Virus record (IMG/VR): IMGVR_UViG_3300045988_082157
Length of the DNA: 35,977 nt
From: a virus
Strand: one strand, 5' to 3'
In this document: positions 26,249-33,088 of the stretch, piece by piece
Layout: every line of letters begins with the position of its first letter
Position numbering within the stretch: position 1 is the stretch's first letter
Translations under genes and position numbers: made by a program
Notes under the pieces: generated by a model
What the model was told of the DNA's origin: nothing
The model's database searches: none
The model's input: the letters and a program-made list of their open reading frames with translations, nothing else

Positions 26249-26707
26249 TCATTTTTCCGCATGGCTGGCACCCTCCGCATAGCGCAGCGTGTAGGCCGCG
26301 CCGACAATATCGTTCAGCTCGCGCACGATCTCGTTGTAGATCGGGCGCTCTTTTTCGTCTATCAGGCCGTCCTCGGCGATCTGTAAAAGCTGCCTGTCCC
26401 GGTTCTGGTCGGCAAACCGAATGATTCGATTCACCAGCCGGATCACAGCCAGCGGCAGCGGCTGGCGCTCGGTATCGGGCAGCACGCCCAGGCAGTCCGA
26501 TGTCTGGCGCAGATGCTTGTACGCATACCAAGACTCGCCGCACAGATCCACCATCAGGCATACGTGGTAGTTTGAGGGGATGCGGATGTTGCGCTCCCAG
26601 CCCTTGACCGTGTCCACCGACACGTGAAGCGCCTCGGCCCATTGCTCCTGGCTGAAATGGGCAGCTTTTCTACATGCGCTGCATATGTTCGTGTATTCTT
26701 GTTCCAT
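26249..26707 (-). CDS. HTH (XRE-like) domain regulator (152 aa)
   Basis: FSQEQWAEALHVSVDTVKGWERN HTH signature. Strong RBS GGGAGGG. Confidence 0.6.
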   Translation of the reverse strand: MEQEYTNICSACRKAAHFSQEQWAEALHVSVDTVKGWERNIRIPSNYHVCLMVDLCGESWYAYKHLRQTSDCLGVLPDTERQPLPLAVIRLVNRIIRFADQNRDRQLLQIAEDGLIDEKERPIYNEIVRELNDIVGAAYTLRYAEGASHAEK

Positions 26708-26738
26708 GGTATTCCCTCCCGTTTTTTGGGATAATAGC

Positions 26739-26831
26739 TTAGGTGGTTTGCGGCAGTCCGTTCAGCTCCCGCCAGCGCCGGATGATCTCCATGTCCTCCG
26801 GGTCCGTCACAAAGATCTCTCGCTCCTGCAT
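26739..26831 (-). CDS. Hypothetical 30-aa peptide (not in the ORF track)
   Basis: ATG at 26831 preceded by GGAGGGAACAAC. It fills the gap in the operon. Confidence 0.35.
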   Translation of the reverse strand: MQEREIFVTDPEDMEIIRRWRELNGLPQTT

Positions 26832-26842
26832 GTTGTTCCCTC

Positions 26843-27034
26843 CTATCCCGATGCGGTAAAATCGCCCTCGACATAAAAATCAACTCCCGGGAACATCGCG
26901 CGCACAAGACGCAGTTTGAGTTCTGTTGCAGCCATGCGCTTCTGGTCGTCCGTCAGCTCCTCGAAGCGGATCAGGCGGCCGTCGGAGCCATGGACATAGC
27001 TTTCCGTGCGGATTACCGGCTTTTTCTTCTGCAT
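26843..27034 (-). CDS. Hypothetical protein (63 aa)
   Basis: ORF with a GGAGG RBS 8 nt upstream. Confidence 0.5.
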   Translation of the reverse strand: MQKKKPVIRTESYVHGSDGRLIRFEELTDDQKRMAATELKLRLVRAMFPGVDFYVEGDFTASG

Positions 27035-27093
27035 GCGCGGCGCCTCCTTCCTGTTCGCATTTTATGCCGCCGGCTGTGTTGTTGTTCGCGTGT

Positions 27094-27207
27094 TCAAATA
27101 ATACCGAGAATGCCCAAAATTCGGACGGTGCAGATCACCAGCGTGATGGTGCAAACGATCAGGCGAAAAAGGAACCGCCTGTTCTCTCGTTCTTCCTTGC
27201 TTTGCAT
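27094..27207 (-). CDS. Hypothetical 37-aa single-pass membrane peptide (not listed as such)
   Basis: MQSKEERENRRFLFRLIVCTITLVICTVRILGILGII. Its ATG overlaps the stop of the Cro-like gene (TGATG). Confidence 0.4.
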   Translation of the reverse strand: MQSKEERENRRFLFRLIVCTITLVICTVRILGILGII

Positions 27208-27386
27208 CACTTTGCCTCCTCTCCGTTGTAAAGCTCGTCGATCGAGCAGCTCAGCGCCTTGGCCAGCGCCGGCAGCTGCGCGGCGCGCGGGTATGCTGAG
27301 CCGGACTCCCACTTCGCGATGCTGCTTCGTTCTACGCCGAGAATATCCGCAAGCTCGCGCTGGGTCATCTTCGCGCGTTCACGCAA
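27207..27386 (-). CDS. Cro-like XRE-family HTH protein (start uncertain: TTG 27386 or ATG 27368)
   Basis: Not in the ORF track (under 60 aa). It translates as ..RERAKMTQRELADILGVERSSIAKWESGSAYPRAAQLPALAKALSCSIDELY, a classic HTH_3 pattern. Confidence 0.7.
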   Translation of the reverse strand: MRERAKMTQRELADILGVERSSIAKWESGSAYPRAAQLPALAKALSCSIDELYNGEEAK

Positions 27387-27406
27387 ATAAGCTAGATTTT
27401 TCGTAC

Positions 27407-27595
27407 CTATCCCTCCCTTGTATCATCTGTATCATCAGTTTTTGGCGGATTCTCTGGCAAGCGAAGAAACTGACTGATGCCTGTAAGGTCGACTGCCTTC
27501 GGAGAAATTTCCATGCGCACCTCGCACGGCTTGTGGAGTTTCTCCAAGGCGGCGACACGCCGCTCAAGTCGGCGAAGCTTTTGCCCCTGATTCAT
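27407..27595 (-). CDS. Hypothetical protein, first gene of the early leftward operon (62 aa)
   Basis: The preferred ATG at 27595 is preceded by AAAGGAGGG with an 8-nt spacer. Confidence 0.5.
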   Translation of the reverse strand: MNQGQKLRRLERRVAALEKLHKPCEVRMEISPKAVDLTGISQFLRLPENPPKTDDTDDTREG

Positions 27596-27657
27596 TTCCG
27601 TTGCCCTCCTTTCTGTGCATATAAGCCACATGCTGTGTGGGTGATATTCACATTCTT

Positions 27658-27687
27658 CTTATAACACACATATGGCACATTTGTCAA
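27658..27687 (-). promoter_or_regulatory. Early (lytic) promoter candidate
   Basis: The minus strand reads TTGACA-18 nt-TATAAG. The -35 is bracketed by the inverted repeat GCACATT (27675-27681) / AATGTGC (27692-27698). Confidence 0.5.
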
Positions 27688-27711
27688 TAGTAATGTGCAA
27701 AAAATTCACTA

Positions 27712-27740
27712 TTGAAACGTTCACTATTTTCACATATACT
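27712..27740 (+). promoter_or_regulatory. Repressor-gene promoter candidate
   Basis: TTGAAA-17 nt-TATACT. Direct repeats TTCACTATT at 27705-27713 and 27720-27728 flank the -35. Confidence 0.55.
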
Positions 27741-27757
27741 TGAATTAGGTGATTCCA

Positions 27758-28087
27758 ATGAATAATTTCAAAAGGTTTCGTGAGCTAAACGGCGAGTCGC
27801 AACAAGCGGTTGCTGATTTTCTTGGCATTGATCGCTCAACATACACGAAGTATGAAACTGAGCAAAAGGCACCTCCATACTCCAAGATTGAGCGATTAGC
27901 GCAGCATTGGGGCACGACCGTCGCTACGCTAATGGGCACAGATGAGGGAACAAAAAACCTCACCGGGATTCCCGATGAGGTTTACGATATTGCACAAAAG
28001 GTCATGAGTCTGCCGCCTGCGGCGCAGACGGAAGCGCTTGCGTATCTCGATTTCCTAAAGCAGCGATATACGCGGAAAAAAGATTGA
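27758..28087 (+). CDS. CI-like XRE-family repressor
   Basis: FKRFRELNGESQQAVADFLGIDRSTYTKYE HTH. Divergent from the early operon. The ATG at 27758 has an AGGTGA RBS; the GTG at 27749 is an alternative start. Confidence 0.8.
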   Translation: MNNFKRFRELNGESQQAVADFLGIDRSTYTKYETEQKAPPYSKIERLAQHWGTTVATLMGTDEGTKNLTGIPDEVYDIAQKVMSLPPAAQTEALAYLDFLKQRYTRKKD

Positions 28088-28250
28088 GTTCTTCGGGGGA
28101 TAGCGTCAACAAATCGTTTATCAGCTCGTCAAACATCTCGCGCTTCCTTTCTCTGTGTTGTTTTCATTTTAGAATGTATGTTTTGAAATATCAATAGCAA
28201 ACCTTTACAAAATTCTCAGTGTTATTTTTACGTAAGGCGAGTGATGCAGT

Positions 28251-29402
28251 GTGAACTACAGCAAGAACATAGATAGCTACGGCTCAGAGTTTTGGAGTTT
28301 CAACGCCGCTGGGGTCAGTTACCCGAACAAAGATGGAACTTTACGGCAAGACATAATTGGCGCCTTGAACTGCGGCTCCCACTATAACTGTCGCATTGAC
28401 GAATATCTGTATCAGGAAGAAAAAGCTTACTACATTGTTATTGACGGCAAGATAGTCGGGAACGTGCCGCGAAACATCGCAAAAGAGTTCGCAGCCAAAT
28501 CGGCCGCTGGATATATAATGGAAATCACCGCCGCTGGGATTCACGGAGGCCCCAGCGCAGATTTTGACGATGACGATGATGACGGCGAGCCGCGATACTA
28601 CGGTGTGCATCTGACGGTAAAACTAATCAGCCCAACCGAGCAGAAAATTAAGAGTATCACTGAAACTGATGGCGTATATGCCGTGGGCGAGCCGGAACGA
28701 CACAGCAGTGTTCGTGACGAGCCAATTGACGAGCACATTGAAAGCCTCGAAAGCAACAGCCCAATCGAGCAAAAAATTAAGAGTAGCACTGAAACTGATC
28801 GCGTATATGCGGTGGGCGAGCCAGAACGACACGACAGTGTTCATGGCGAGCGAACTGATAAGTATATTGAAAGCCCCGAAAGCAACAGACCGCCGAAAAA
28901 AAACAAAAAACGGCTTAGCTTTCTCGGGACAGTTGCGATTCTGTTACTTGCGTTTATGGTGCTGACAGGTATCTCGAACGCACTGGCAAAGGCGCTGCAT
29001 ACAACAAAACACCCTACCGGCGAGCGGCTGAACATAAACAACGTTGAAAAGTATGCTCCGGATCTTAATGATAAACAGGAAGATCAGACTGCGCCAGCTG
29101 CGGCGGAAGCGTCGGACGGCGAAGAATATTACACCGAAGAAGAACAGGCCGCTGCCGCAGCGGCGTATTACGCGAGCATTGGAGGGAATCCATATCTGCA
29201 AGACGATGCAGAAGCAGATATGGCTGAGGAACCGACCGAAGAATCGTACACATATATTCTGAACACAAACACGAAAGTGTTCCATCGGCAAAACTGCTCA
29301 TCCGCAAAGCGGATCAAAGATAGCAGCCGCTCATCAGCGACTGGAACACGTGACGAAATAATTGGAAAGGGATATAGCCCGTGCGGCATATGCAAGCCGT
29401 AG
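28251..29402 (+). CDS. Membrane protein: N-terminal HIRAN-like domain, 2 x 43-aa repeat, TM helix, acidic linker, C-terminal Cys-rich (Ada-type Zn-binding-like) motif
   Basis: GTG start. It has a FNAAGVSY...IVGNVPRNIAKEFA pattern, a TM segment LSFLGTVAILLLAFMVLTGI, and the C-terminus KVFHRQNCSSAKRI...GYSPCGICKP. The segment is lower in GC. Confidence 0.7.
   Translation: MNYSKNIDSYGSEFWSFNAAGVSYPNKDGTLRQDIIGALNCGSHYNCRIDEYLYQEEKAYYIVIDGKIVGNVPRNIAKEFAAKSAAGYIMEITAAGIHGGPSADFDDDDDDGEPRYYGVHLTVKLISPTEQKIKSITETDGVYAVGEPERHSSVRDEPIDEHIESLESNSPIEQKIKSSTETDRVYAVGEPERHDSVHGERTDKYIESPESNRPPKKNKKRLSFLGTVAILLLAFMVLTGISNALAKALHTTKHPTGERLNINNVEKYAPDLNDKQEDQTAPAAAEASDGEEYYTEEEQAAAAAAYYASIGGNPYLQDDAEADMAEEPTEESYTYILNTNTKVFHRQNCSSAKRIKDSSRSSATGTRDEIIGKGYSPCGICKP
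28631..28888 (+). repeat. Tandem 129-bp direct repeat (2 copies) inside the 383-aa gene
   Basis: 28631-28759 and 28760-28888 align without gaps. They are nearly identical over the first ~75 nt and more diverged after that. Confidence 0.9.
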
Positions 29403-29423
29403 CGGTGCCCGACTTGGACACCG
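29403..29423. repeat. Copy of the 21-bp hairpin motif with 1 mismatch (CGGTGCCCGACTTGGACACCG)
   Basis: 20 of 21 positions match. It starts directly after the TAG stop of the 383-aa gene. Confidence 0.85.
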
Positions 29424-29626
29424 AGGGCACGCCGCGGATACGATGATCGCACATAGAGTTGCCCCGTATCGGCGTGCCGGCGTCGACACGGGGCGTTTCT
29501 GTGCGGCAGGCGATTGGGAGCGCCCGTGCTTCTACCTTACGCCGCGGGTAATGGTTAAGTCCACTACCTATCATGGGTTTTTTCGGGGAATGATGGTTTT
29601 CGCAAAATTAACGGAGGTGCATAATC

Positions 29627-30034
29627 GTGGAACGCATGTTGTGGGAGATCTGCCGCGATGCAAAAGCGGAACAGCGGCTGACGTATCAGCAGATTGCCGA
29701 TGCTGCCGGATTATCGGTAAACGCAGTAAGCCAGTATTTGCGAGGTGAGACAAAGAGCCCGTCCGTGTACACCGTGGGGCCGATCTGTGCGGCAATCGGC
29801 GTATCCATGAACGACTATTTCAGGATAGGGGAGAACACGTCGGAGAGTTTCTTGGCTCGCACGGAGGCTCTCCGGCTCGAAAATGCAAGTCTACGCACGC
29901 AGCGTGAGCATATGAAAAAATCATTGCGGATGCATCGCATTACAACCTTCATCTTGCTTGGCATTGTGGCCGTCTGCGTGCTGGCGCTGCTGGTGGACGT
30001 CCTGAACCCCGCCATCGGCTGGGTGCGCGCATGA
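29627..30034 (+). CDS. XRE-type HTH protein with a C-terminal transmembrane anchor
   Basis: GTG start with GGAGG 9 nt upstream. It has the HTH LTYQQIADAAGLSVNAVSQYLRGE, a coiled-coil segment, and the TM segment ITTFILLGIVAVCVLALLVDVL. Its stop overlaps the integrase ORF (ATGA). Confidence 0.7.
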   Translation: MERMLWEICRDAKAEQRLTYQQIADAAGLSVNAVSQYLRGETKSPSVYTVGPICAAIGVSMNDYFRIGENTSESFLARTEALRLENASLRTQREHMKKSLRMHRITTFILLGIVAVCVLALLVDVLNPAIGWVRA

Positions 30035-31497
30035 TGGAGGCTGATATGCAAGCACAGACACAGCGCGTCGCGGCGGCTTACATCCGCGTGTCGACGGACG
30101 ACCAGACGGACCTTTCTCCGGAGTCGCAGTTTGAGAAGATCCGCGAGTATGCCGCAAAAAACAACTTGATCCTGCTCTCGGAGTACATTTTTCGAGATGA
30201 TGGCATATCCGGCAGAGCGGCAGAAAAACGGCCGGGATTCCAACGGATGATCGCAGCGGCCAAAGACGCCGCGCATCCATTCGACGTGGTGATCGTTTGG
30301 AAGTATTCTCGTTTTGCGCGCAACCAGGAGGAATCAATATTTTACAAATCCGTGCTGCGCTCAAAATGCAATGTGGATGTGGTATCGGTTTCGGAGCCAT
30401 TGGTTGCCGGGCCTTTCGGCAGCCTGATCGAGCGCATAATAGAGTGGATGGATGAGTTCTACTCGATCCGCCTCTCCGAAGAAGTGAAGCGATCGATGAC
30501 GGTAAATGCGCAGAAGGGGAGGCTTCAGGCGACGCCGTCCTTTGGCTACTGCGTGAAGGATCACATGCTTGAGATCGTTCCGGAGGAGGCGGAGATCGTG
30601 CAGGAGATCTTCCGCCGTTTTGTCGCGGGCGACGCCATGTATGGAATAGCAATGGATGTAAACGCACGAGGTGTGCGGACGCACCGGGGAAACCCATTTG
30701 AGAACCGCACAGTAGACTATATCCTGAACAACCCAACATACATAGGCAAGCTCCGGTGGACGCCGACCGGGAAAACGCGCCGAAATTTTAAAAATCAGGA
30801 CAGCGTCATCGCGGATGGCGCGCACACACCAATCATCGACATGCAAATGTGGGAGGCCGCACAAGAGCGGATCGCGGAGCTAAAGCGTACATACAAGCGC
30901 TACAGCAAGCCGGCTGGAGATCGTAAGCACTGGCTTTGCGGGATTGTTCGTTGTCCGGGCTGCGGAGGGACGCTCGTGTACACCGCGCCGCATTACATGC
31001 AGTGCAACAACCGGCTAAAGGGCCGATGCGCCAGCTCACAGCATATCGCAGTCGAGCTGCTGGAAGAAGCTTTTTTGCAGCAGCTTCAGCATGATTTCAC
31101 GTTCGCCGAGGCGATGGCGTACACGGCCAACTATACACACAATGATCACGTTGCGGCGGCGCTTGCGCAAAAGCGCTCGAAAATCACAAGCCGCATGGCG
31201 CGGCTGAGGGAAGCGTATCTGGATGGCATCGAGTCGCTGCCAGAATATAAAGCATCCTTGCAAAAATTCCAGGAGCAGCTGTCGGAAATCGACGAAGAAA
31301 TCAAAAAAGCGGCAGAAACGCCCGAAGGCGTTTCCACCGAATCTATGCGTGAAGCCATAGCCTCCGTGCTCCGGACGCTGCGCGCGCCGGACGCAACTGT
31401 TGCGCAGAAATATGCAGCAGCTCAAGCCATCATCGACAAATGCTATTTTGATAAATCAAAGATGCTGCTGACGATTTCATACAATTTCAGCGTTTGA
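30031..31497 (+). CDS. int: Large serine recombinase (phage integrase)
   Basis: Resolvase-type N-terminus AAAYIRVSTDDQ, a recombinase domain, the zinc ribbon CGIVRCPGCGG...MQCNNRLKGRC, and a C-terminal coiled coil. The likely true start is the ATG at 30046 (GGAGG 5 nt upstream). Confidence 0.9.
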   Translation: MMEADMQAQTQRVAAAYIRVSTDDQTDLSPESQFEKIREYAAKNNLILLSEYIFRDDGISGRAAEKRPGFQRMIAAAKDAAHPFDVVIVWKYSRFARNQEESIFYKSVLRSKCNVDVVSVSEPLVAGPFGSLIERIIEWMDEFYSIRLSEEVKRSMTVNAQKGRLQATPSFGYCVKDHMLEIVPEEAEIVQEIFRRFVAGDAMYGIAMDVNARGVRTHRGNPFENRTVDYILNNPTYIGKLRWTPTGKTRRNFKNQDSVIADGAHTPIIDMQMWEAAQERIAELKRTYKRYSKPAGDRKHWLCGIVRCPGCGGTLVYTAPHYMQCNNRLKGRCASSQHIAVELLEEAFLQQLQHDFTFAEAMAYTANYTHNDHVAAALAQKRSKITSRMARLREAYLDGIESLPEYKASLQKFQEQLSEIDEEIKKAAETPEGVSTESMREAIASVLRTLRAPDATVAQKYAAAQAIIDKCYFDKSKMLLTISYNFSV

Positions 31498-31510
31498 TTT
31501 TTATCCCCGA

Positions 31511-31560
31511 AATCTTAGTAAGATGGAGTCCGACCCTCCTTACTCCATCTTACTAAGATT
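31511..31560. repeat. Perfect 19-bp inverted repeat with a 12-bp asymmetric spacer, between convergent genes (attP candidate and/or bidirectional terminator)
   Basis: aatcttagtaagatggagt (31511-31529), ccgaccctcctt, then actccatcttactaagatt (31542-31560). T-rich sequence follows on the plus strand. Confidence 0.85.
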
Positions 31561-32029
31561 ATTTCTTTCGCACGATCCCACTATAATACGCGCACAGCTT
31601 TGCCTCCGGACCGGGGCCGTCCTTGTCCATCAGAAACGCCTCTGCCAGTGCAGCGTAAAACTCCGGGCGATTCACGCCGAAGTCCACGGCGACGCCGTAG
31701 TAATCGGAGTACATCATGTTCATCGCCACACTCCACGCCCAGCGTGGGACATCACGCCCGATGCCGCGCGCATCCGCCACGGCGGAAGTCTGATCCATCG
31801 TCCAGTGCGGGCCGGTCGAGCCGTCGGCATTTTCCATCTTTGCCGCCCACGCCTCTGCATCCTCGCGGGACATGCCCTCACAGGCTCCGTGCCGCCATTC
31901 CAGCTTTTCCAGCACACGGATTGTGCCAGCGTATACACCGGCCTCCTCAGCACGGCAGAGCGTCACAGGGCGCTCCGTGACGGCTTCCAGCTCCTTATAC
32001 AGCTTTTCAATATATTCCTTCATCCTCAC
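31559..32029 (-). CDS. Hypothetical protein (156 aa), cargo operon
   Basis: ORF with an ATGA overlap to the upstream gene. No domain recognised. Confidence 0.55.
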   Translation of the reverse strand: MRMKEYIEKLYKELEAVTERPVTLCRAEEAGVYAGTIRVLEKLEWRHGACEGMSREDAEAWAAKMENADGSTGPHWTMDQTSAVADARGIGRDVPRWAWSVAMNMMYSDYYGVAVDFGVNRPEFYAALAEAFLMDKDGPGPEAKLCAYYSGIVRKK

Positions 32030-32364
32030 GCCTCCTGTATGTATCTGTAAAGCTTATCGAGATCGCCCACATCAAAGCGCAGCTCGCCGAGGATGGGCAC
32101 CGTGACCGGCAGCTTCTGCCCGTCCATCTTCGGGCGGGCGGCATTGTACAGCCGGTCGACATCAATGTTCCCGGACTCATCCATAACGCCCATGAGCTGC
32201 ACCGCCGGATGCTCGCGCAGCTTCATGAGGCGGTCTTTGCCGCCGTCCATGATAAGCGCCAGCGCAATGCCTGCGCCGATGCCCTTTCCGGTCGGCAGGT
32301 GCGGAATGATCTCACTGTCCGCAAACCGCATCGCGCCGCGCATGGCCTGATCGATCGTTACCAT
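32026..32364 (-). CDS. Hypothetical protein (112 aa), cargo operon
   Basis: ORF with a GGAGG RBS 8 nt upstream. No domain recognised. Confidence 0.55.
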   Translation of the reverse strand: MVTIDQAMRGAMRFADSEIIPHLPTGKGIGAGIALALIMDGGKDRLMKLREHPAVQLMGVMDESGNIDVDRLYNAARPKMDGQKLPVTVPILGELRFDVGDLDKLYRYIQEA

Positions 32365-32386
32365 AAGGATACCTCCATCTTATTTT

Positions 32387-32410
32387 TGGGGCGGCGCTTG
32401 CCGCCCCTTT
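32387..32410 (+). terminator. GC-rich hairpin with a downstream T-tract in plus-strand orientation
   Basis: GGGGCGGC-gctt-GCCGCCCC followed by TTTT. On the minus-strand transcript it is followed by A residues instead. Confidence 0.45.
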
Positions 32411-32414
32411 TGCA

Positions 32415-32945
32415 TTAGGTGGTCGCCGTTGCAGGCTCAACCGTCACCTTCGCAGCACCCCAGCCGGGGCATACGGAGGCGTTCGGCACTACGAGCTTTG
32501 TCAGGCCGAGCAGCTGATTCACCTGGGCCTGGATGCAGCCGATCGTTGCAGTGTTGGTGCCGTTGTACACGGCCTGCTGCATGTTGATCGCCACCTGCTC
32601 CTCCTTGTTCGCGCGGACTTCCGCCGCCAGCTCGATCAAGCGTTTTTCGAGCTTGCTGTAGGAATCAGAGATCTTCCGGTTGGTTTCGTCCTGGCCGCGC
32701 CAGTAGGCAATCTCCATATCCTTTTCCGAGATCGTCTTCTGCTGGTTGAGCTCGTAGCGCGTCACCGGCGTGTTCTCGCTGCATACCGCACCGGCAGCCA
32801 TCGCCGCAGCGGCCATTGGATTTGCTCCGATGCCGCCCCAACCGCCAAGCAGGTTTCCAAGCCCGCCGCCGAGCACGCCGAGTCCGGTTCCAATCGCGCC
32901 GAGCGTCACACCGAGATTGCCCTTTCCGTTACTTGCGTATTCCAT
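32415..32945 (-). CDS. Hypothetical protein with a glycine-zipper N-terminus and a coiled-coil middle (176 aa)
   Basis: GNLGVTLGAIGTGLGVLGGGLGNLLGGWGGIG followed by heptad-like sequence. RBS GGAGG. Confidence 0.6.
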   Translation of the reverse strand: MEYASNGKGNLGVTLGAIGTGLGVLGGGLGNLLGGWGGIGANPMAAAAMAAGAVCSENTPVTRYELNQQKTISEKDMEIAYWRGQDETNRKISDSYSKLEKRLIELAAEVRANKEEQVAINMQQAVYNGTNTATIGCIQAQVNQLLGLTKLVVPNASVCPGWGAAKVTVEPATATT

Positions 32946-33044
32946 AATAAATCCTCCGAATCAAAAAGTAAGCTGGCCAGCTCCTATCCTCATTATGCGC
33001 CCTGCCGTCGGAACAAAAAACCAACTTTCCGGCTACTTTTCGGG

Positions 33045-33076
33045 CAAAAAACAGCCACCCCATACAGGGCGGCTGT
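33045..33076 (-). terminator. Rho-independent terminator downstream of the NYN gene
   Basis: The minus strand reads ACAGCCGCCC-tgta-tGGGGTGGCTGT followed by TTTTTTG. Confidence 0.7.
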
Positions 33077-33088
33077 TGCATAGGATGT

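Noticed and set aside
26116-26307. 63-aa minus-strand ORF in the gap upstream of the replication initiator
   Set aside because: It has a basic low-complexity product and overlaps the end of the HTH gene out of frame. The region is better explained by the promoter/operator-like inverted repeat at 26182-26200.
28000-28143. 47-aa minus-strand ORF (MFDELINDLLTLSPEELNLF...) with a reasonable RBS, antisense to the 3' end of the repressor gene
   Set aside because: It is very short, overlaps the repressor C-terminus, and no promoter is evident. It cannot be distinguished from chance, though an antisense regulatory transcript here is not excluded.
29424-29626. Possible tRNA or small RNA gene, or attP, in the 200-bp gap upstream of the HTH-TM/integrase pair
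   Set aside because: By eye I could not fold a cloverleaf or find a convincing promoter-terminator pair. Only weak hairpins are present (GCCCCGT...ACGGGGC with a 20-nt loop). It is kept only as a secondary attP candidate under the 31511-31560 finding.
29921-30739. 272-aa minus-strand ORF overlapping the integrase and HTH-TM genes
   Set aside because: It is Pro/Arg/Ser-rich and low in complexity, and it lies opposite a well-supported serine recombinase ORF.
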